DNA of 64,000 nucleotides from the human T2T-CHM13v2.0 reference genome, Homo sapiens. The DNA lies in NCBI RefSeq assembly GCF_009914755.1, contig NC_060937.1; one strand, given 5' to 3'. Shown piece after piece: positions 57,465-64,000 of this stretch; position 1 is the first letter of the stretch; every line of letters begins with the position of its first letter. The position numbers and the translations under genes were made by a program. A model generated the notes under the pieces. It searched no databases. It had not been told where the DNA came from and was given only the letters and a program-made list of their open reading frames with translations.

Positions 57465-59268
57465 GTAAGTTACTACTATATAGAAATTAAGTATTTTTAA
57501 AGAAATTGGTTTTGGGCTTTCTTTTTTTAAAAGATTGAAACCCTTTTTTGAAATAAATTGATACGTGTGGAAGCACAGTTTATAAAACAGACTAAAGTGG
57601 AGCTGCCCTGCTTGAAATGGGAATCCTAGAGCCCTTCCTGTTTTGCCTTCTGTGTCAAATAATTTCAACAATGTATTTACCTTTTCTAGCTCTAGGGAGC
57701 TCATTGATGTACACACAGTACATTGTATTGTCAGTAAATTTTTGTTAATTATGTTGGCTCATTCATTACTGATGAGCAGTGTGTCTAAAAAGTTTACAGT
57801 GTTTGGAGTAAATATTTCAGAAATTGACTTTGGGTTGCCAAATCTTTCTTTGTCACTCTCTTTGTTTAAATTTCTTGATTAGAGGTATTATAATAGTTCA
57901 CCAACCAATATCTTTATTCTCTATATCATGCAGTAATAAGAATTAGGAACTTGTTGGAGAGGTGTTGAAAATTCATGCAATAGCTATTAAGCATTAAGTG
58001 GTGTAGAAATGATTCTGGGAGCTAAATTGGGTAAGCTGCTATGATCTGTGGGGCTGTATGAGTTCTTAAAGGAGAACAGAATTGAGGATATTGTCAGTCA
58101 TATTCAACATGGGCAGTGACATAGAGGCAAGAGTGAACATCCATTTCAGGGAGAGGGAGGAGACCGAATGGAGCAGGAGGAATACCATTACAAGCTAATG
58201 TGTATCTTGTTTTCAGTAGCAGGCACTTTGTGAGAAGCTTTACCTGTATTATTACATTTAATCCTTAAAACAACCCTAACAGATAGGTTTTATTATTTTC
58301 TCTAGGCATCTCAAAGAAAACTAAGAGAAATAAGGTTGTTGGGAATGGGTTTGATCAAAGAAACAAAGGGAATGTTAATTCCAGATACAAATGGAGAATG
58401 TTTTGGATTCTTGGCTAGGAAAATGATCGTAAGAGCAACACTGTAGGTATATTGATCTATAATAATAGTAGTGACTTGGGAAAACTTAGTGGCTCTTTGA
58501 GAAAATAAAGTTAACTGCTTTGACCTGTTTTTCTCATCGTGAGTTCTTCTGAAGCATAGATAAGCAATTGGAGAATAAGCCGATTGCTTTTGGGGTGATT
58601 GAAATGAACATTGAATCAGCCTAAATTGACTTCTCTTGGCTTGAGAGGTCTTTGACTGAAGTGCCAAAGCAATAATATTGGTGTAAATGACAGCTCAATA
58701 CCTATAATAAGTCATCAGTTTACGGAGTTTTGACTTTGTGTCTTAAACTCAATTTGCTTATCTCATCGCTTTACTGAGTCTCTGAATCAGTTTCATTCTA
58801 GTGCTGGGAGCAGACTTCTCTTTGTTTGTTCTCTCTTAGATCTTTGCTATTTTGGGGATGTGGAAGAGGACTAGGGATTGAATTTCTGTTTCAAAGAGTT
58901 ACGTTTTGTATTTTCAACAATTATAGATAGTTGAGAAATTAGCTATAATTAGGTATTAATTTTCTATAGTCGGTACAGAAGTGTCAAAGTATTTGCTAAA
59001 CTGTTACCTAATTATTAGTAGTTGCTCTTTTTATGTTAACAGTAAACTTAATGTAACAACATATTTAGTGTTTTCAGTGATGTTAATCCAATTGGAATAT
59101 TGTTAGTATTTTCAATGACCCTAAAACTTTTTACTTTTGAAGGGCTTATAATTATAGTTAAGTGATATTAATTTTGATTAAAATTTTGACCACTTAAGAA
59201 CTTCACCATTTTTCTTATAATAACAATATTAAGGGCATACTATATACCATTATTTTTGTTTTGTGTAG

Positions 59269-59366
59269 TGATGCTGGAAATAGTGACCGAGTAGTCATTC
59301 AGGAGATGTTGAAAACAGTGGCACAATCACAACAACTTGAAACAAACTCTCAAAGGGATTTTAAAG
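59269..59366 (+). CDS. RFC3: RFC3 coding exon 4 (S-DAGNSDRVVIQEMLKTVAQSQQLETNSQRDFK)
   Basis: TTTTGTGTAG acceptor; GTAGGT donor; 98 nt; phase matches exon 3 (AG|T = Ser), completing the LEVNPSD RFC motif. Confidence 0.95.
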
Positions 59367-59749
59367 GTAGGTGATCAAAAGACTTCTTTTTATGAAGCTG
59401 CCAAGCATTAGTGCTCTCTCTTTTTTTTGAGTTATGAAAGTGAACAGGAGAGAAGCCTGATCTCTGGGCTCATGGGAGTTTATAGTCTAATGGAATTGAA
59501 TTTTATGTGAAAGAGGATTATTTGTGCCATCCATTTGATATTTTAGAACAAGATGAATAAAAATACGTGATTTAAAATCAGAAATTACATGATTTTAAAA
59601 TAATTGTTCTTATGACCGAGTCATATGTTCATTATCAGATATTTAGATAAAAAAGAAAATAATATCAGCTATATTCCCACCATCCAGAGACAGCTACTAA
59701 TAACAGTTTAGACTTTACCATCCAAGCATTTTTTTCTATATATATGGAT

Positions 59750-60830
59750 ACATTCTTACTGGTGAGATTTTGTGATAATAAATATGCCATCATTTAATGC
59801 TTTTGATATATTTTGCCAAATTCTCTATCTGAAAGAGGGTATAGATTTATACTACCAATAGCAGTGTTTGGGAGTGCTCATTTCTCCGTGACATTTACCA
59901 ACACTGAGGATAATTTGTTTTAATCTTTGTCAGTTTGAGTGGAGAAGATAGTGTTTTGTTCTTCTTTAGTGAGTGTGATAAATTTTTCCTTTATTGCTCA
60001 TTTTTATTGTTTTGTGAATTCGCTGTACATATTCTCAGCTGATTTCTTTCCTCAGTCTCCATATTTCAAAATAAATTTACATTTATGAATTTATTTTTTG
60101 CTACTATATATGGAGTCTTATATTTTCTGAATGTTTTATATATGTGAGTTACTAACATATCCTACTTTTATATCTTGCTATGTTATTAAATTCTCTTACT
60201 GTTTTTAATTGTATTTTGGTAGTTTGAGTTTTTTTAGATGTATATTAATGTAATCTGTAAATTGTTTTTCCTTTTTCCAATTTTTATGGCTCTAAATACT
60301 TTTTCTTCTCTAATTATGTTGGCCAACCCTCCAATAGTGTGGTTAATAGTAATAGAGATAGCAGATGTCCATGTCATGACTCTGGAAGTAAAGCCTTAGT
60401 GTTTCCCCATAATTAATTGCTGGATTTTGGTCTGAGGTGTATGTATTTGATCATGGTAAGAAAATATTCTCAAGTTCCTATTTTATTGAGTGTCTTTAAC
60501 ACAAATGTGTGTTAAATATTGTCTGATGCTTCTTTTTCATCCATGAATATGCTTTTATGATTTTTCTTTAGTTCATTAATATCATAGGTTATATTACTGG
60601 ATTTTCTAATATTAAAACTTTTGCTAGGCACAGTGGCTTATGCTAGCAATCCCAGTGCTTTGGGAGGCTGAAGCAGGAGGATTGCTTGAGCCCAGGAATT
60701 CAAGGTTGCAGTGAGCTGTGATTGCACTACTGTACTCCAGCCAGGGTGACAGAGCGAGACTATATCTCCAAAAAAAGGCAAAACAAAACTGTTCTGCATT
60801 TCTAGAGTAAACATGACTTGTCATGTTGAA
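59750..60830 (-). mobile_element. Decayed antisense L1 fragments in intron 4
   Basis: T-rich L1-like motifs (CCAATAGCAGTGTTTGGGAGTGCTC, GTGTTAAATATTGTCTGATGC). Confidence 0.6.
60625..60777 (+). mobile_element. Alu monomer/partial (FRAM-like)
   Basis: Sense single-arm Alu. Confidence 0.85.
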
Positions 60831-61434
60831 TTTGCTGTTTTCTGCCTACCAAGTACTGCTTAGTCACTGTTTCAAACATCACTATACAAAATAATGATAT
60901 GTGTATGTAAATATAGGAAATATTGTGCCATTATCCTCAATCTGTTATTAATATTATAAGAGAAATGTTGAACATCGGTTATTATAAGAAATTTAGTTGA
61001 AATTTAAAATTTTAATCAAAATTAATAATACCTGATTACAATTACAAACCTTTAAAAGTGAAATGTTGTAGGGTCATTAAAAATGTGAACAATATTTTAC
61101 CACCCAATTACAGTTGAATTAACCTATTCTTACATGAAGCTTACTGTTACTTAAAAAGAACAATAACTATGAATTAAGTAACAGTTTAGGAAATAATTTG
61201 TCTCTTTCATATCCATAAAGATGTTATTCTGCTCCTCTGCTCGTCTTTCTTGCATAACTGTTGAAATTTGGCCATGATCCTTTTGTGTTGGTCATTTTGT
61301 TAAAAGTAAAGTGATTTTTCCTGTACTTAGGGAAGGAGAGGAAGGCCAGAGAGTTTTTTTTAGGTCTGGGGCTCTACAGCTACCTCTTGTATTATTTTTA
61401 CAAAGTGATAAAAAATATATGACACTTTACTTAA

Positions 61435-61660
61435 GGCCAGGAAATTGAGACCAACAAGACCCGATCTTGCCAAAGGAAGAAAAAAAAAAAATTAGGCTCA
61501 TGCCTGTAGTCTTAGCTACTTGGGAGCTGAGGTGGGAAGATTGCTTGAACCCAGGAGTTTGGGATTGCAGTGAGCCATGATCAAGCTACTGCACTCCCGC
61601 CTGGGTGACAGAGTGAGACCCTGTCTCTAAAAAAATAAAATAAAAAAATAAAGTAAATAA
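61435..61660 (+). mobile_element. Partial AluJ
   Basis: Right arm with A-rich tail. Confidence 0.85.
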
Positions 61661-62027
61661 ATGACCTTGTGTTCTGAGCTCTATTCCCTATCTTATTTTC
61701 TGTCACCTTTATTGGGATTCTTTCCTTTGTCTCTCTTTTACCTGTTCTCAATTTGGTCTGGGATTTCTTCTCATTGTGGAGCATTGTCTTAGTCTGGAAC
61801 TCCTGTCCTCAAGCCATCTTCCTAGCTCGGCTACCCACAGTGCTGGGATTACAGGCACAAGCCACTGCACCAGCCACAGCCACCTGGAACACTGTCTTAG
61901 AAGGGAACTTCATTTTGGTATTCTCAGAGTCTGCTGTTCTGTCAAACCTTACTGCATCAGGGTTCCCTTGCTCTCACCCATAAATTGGGCTCTGTCGAAT
62001 CTCCCCCCTCGGTAAGACTGCTGCTTT

Positions 62028-62316
62028 CTTTGAGACAGTGTCTCACTGTGTGGCAACAGGCTGGAGTGCAGCGGTGCCATCAGAGCTTACTGCAGCCTTG
62101 ACCTCCTGGGCTCAAGTAATCCTCCCACTTCAGTCTCCTGGGACTACAGGCACACACCACCATGCCCGGCAATGTTTTGTATTTTTGTAGACATGGGGTT
62201 TTGCTATGTTGCCCAGGCTAGTGTTGAATTCTTGGGCTCAAGGGATCTGCCTTCCTCAGCCTCCCAAAATGTTGGGATTACAGGCAGATTACAGGCATGA
62301 GCCACTGTGCCTGGCC
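62028..62316 (-). mobile_element. AluJ
   Basis: Diverged antisense Alu dimer. Confidence 0.9.
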
Positions 62317-63315
62317 AACTGCTGCTTTCAAATTGGCCGCACCATGGTTTCTAGTATGTTCCCGTGGGTGATTTTGAGCTTTTCCTGTCATAAAGTCTGT
62401 CAAAATCTTCCTCCCACACCGTTGCTGATACTATGTGGGCCTTTCCAGTTTTAGTTGCTTATTCTCACTTGCTCATGTTTGGGGTTCTTGGGTAAAGCTT
62501 GTTGCCTGGTTTCTGTATAATGTTCATGGGTTCTTTGTTTTGGAATCTTTAGTTGTTCTGTTTATTTTTATGGGGCAGATCTAAATGCTACATGCTGCCA
62601 GTTCATCTTCTAGAAATAATTTGTTAATATAATGAAAAATACAATATTGGATTCAGTTTCTGTGTATACATTATTCCTGAACTATGTTAAGGCTGATCTG
62701 TGATTGTGGCCAGATGGAATCTTACTTTATGGTGGCCAGATATCCTCATGCCTTGTTGCCTACATCTCTTGCACCACTGTCTTCCAAAGTCTATTCCTTG
62801 GAATTTAATATTTTAGATTAAGGTGTACCACAGAAATGTGCTGCTGAGTAAAGTTATTTTGGGGTAATGCAGCACAGTACTTCCTTGTCTTGGTAAATTT
62901 TAGCGCATATAAATAATAAAGGTTGCAATGATTTCTACTACAAAGTGACCTTTTAACTTCATTTAGCCTAGTGTTTCTTGGTCTTGTTTGATTATAGATT
63001 CTTTTCTTTTTTTTACTAGCCCTGCCAACGCAAGGTCTCACAATATTAAAAACTCAGAGCTGTTCCTCTCTATAGAAGTCTTTAGTAAAAGGCAAAATAT
63101 TTATATGATCTGAAGAGAAACTGGAGTATGATTGTAGCATTTTAAAATAATAAAGTAATTTTACCATACTTATAACTTTATCTTTGCCAATGGGAAGAGT
63201 AGTATATCAGGCTTATTATTTAGGATTTCATCCTGGATAATGAGAAGGAAGAAAGAGACAAGTTAAAGTTTGAGTGAACTCAAGTTAAAGTTTGTTTTGT
63301 TTCTCTTTGACTCAG

Positions 63316-63497
63316 TGGTATTATTGACAGAAGTTGACAAACTCACCAAAGATGCTCAGCATGCCTTGCGAAGAACCATGGAAAAATATATGTCTACCTG
63401 CAGATTGATCTTGTGCTGCAATTCTACATCTAAAGTGATCCCACCTATTCGTAGTAGGTGCTTGGCGGTTCGTGTGCCTGCTCCCAGCATTGAAGAT
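63316..63497 (+). CDS. RFC3: RFC3 coding exon 5 ([25 protein letters not shown]...[18 protein letters not shown])
   Basis: CTCTTTGACTCAG acceptor; GTAGGT donor; 182 nt; Walker B-like TEVD, AQxALRRTME and SRC arginine-finger motifs; exons 1-5 sum to 573 nt = 191 codons. Confidence 0.97.
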
Positions 63498-64000
63498 GTA
63501 GGTCAAGTTACACTTTTCTGAAAAATAAATCAGTTCAGATTCTCTGAATATTGTATGCTTGTTGTAAAAGAAGGGAATCGTATCAGTAATTTAAGAACAC
63601 CTACAGACCTGGATGCAAAGCATTAATATATGAACAAACCAAAGCGTATAGTTGTAAATACCAGATGCCAATATATAGAAAGTGTTTTTCCCTTTAAACC
63701 ATCTTTACTTTGAACAAGTAGGTATTACGAATTCTACTAAACTAGGTAAGGGCTAGTTATTTACTGTCTTCTTTCTCAAGCTGATTTAGTTGGCTATAAG
63801 AGGAGGCTGGAATATTGAGGAAACAGATTTTGCAAAGAGATGATGTGGGAATACCTAGTCCCTAGGAAGGGAATTAAAGTTAGTATGAAATAACATTAAT
63901 ATGAATATATATACATAGATATATTTTTTTCTCCATTCTTAACAGCCATCAGCAAAAATTATGATTCCTCACATTAAATATCTTTCCAGCTTTTAATAGA

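Overview
This is human genomic DNA, identified by dense Alu/L1/MaLR/MER repeats and a near-perfect AluYa5. The first ~51 kb is repeat-rich intergenic sequence with no credible protein-coding gene. From ~51.5 kb there is a CpG-island promoter (CRE and E2F motifs) and the first five coding exons of RFC3, the replication factor C 38 kDa subunit, on the + strand. These cover codons 1-191 and the gene continues past the window end. Most ORFs in the supplied track are Alu/L1/LTR read-throughs or chance ORFs. I find no new multi-gene system. The most unusual signals are several near-perfect local inverted repeats that look like template-switch products (2097-2204, 11014-11044, 49931-50021 inside a MER53, 50130-50159, and 54426-54532 just upstream of RFC3 exon 2). 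Also notable are a young AluYa5, the coding A10 tract, degenerate Walker motifs and a motif-dense candidate enhancer near 40 kb. Repeat family names come from recognition by eye, not from a RepeatMasker run, and repeat boundaries are approximate.
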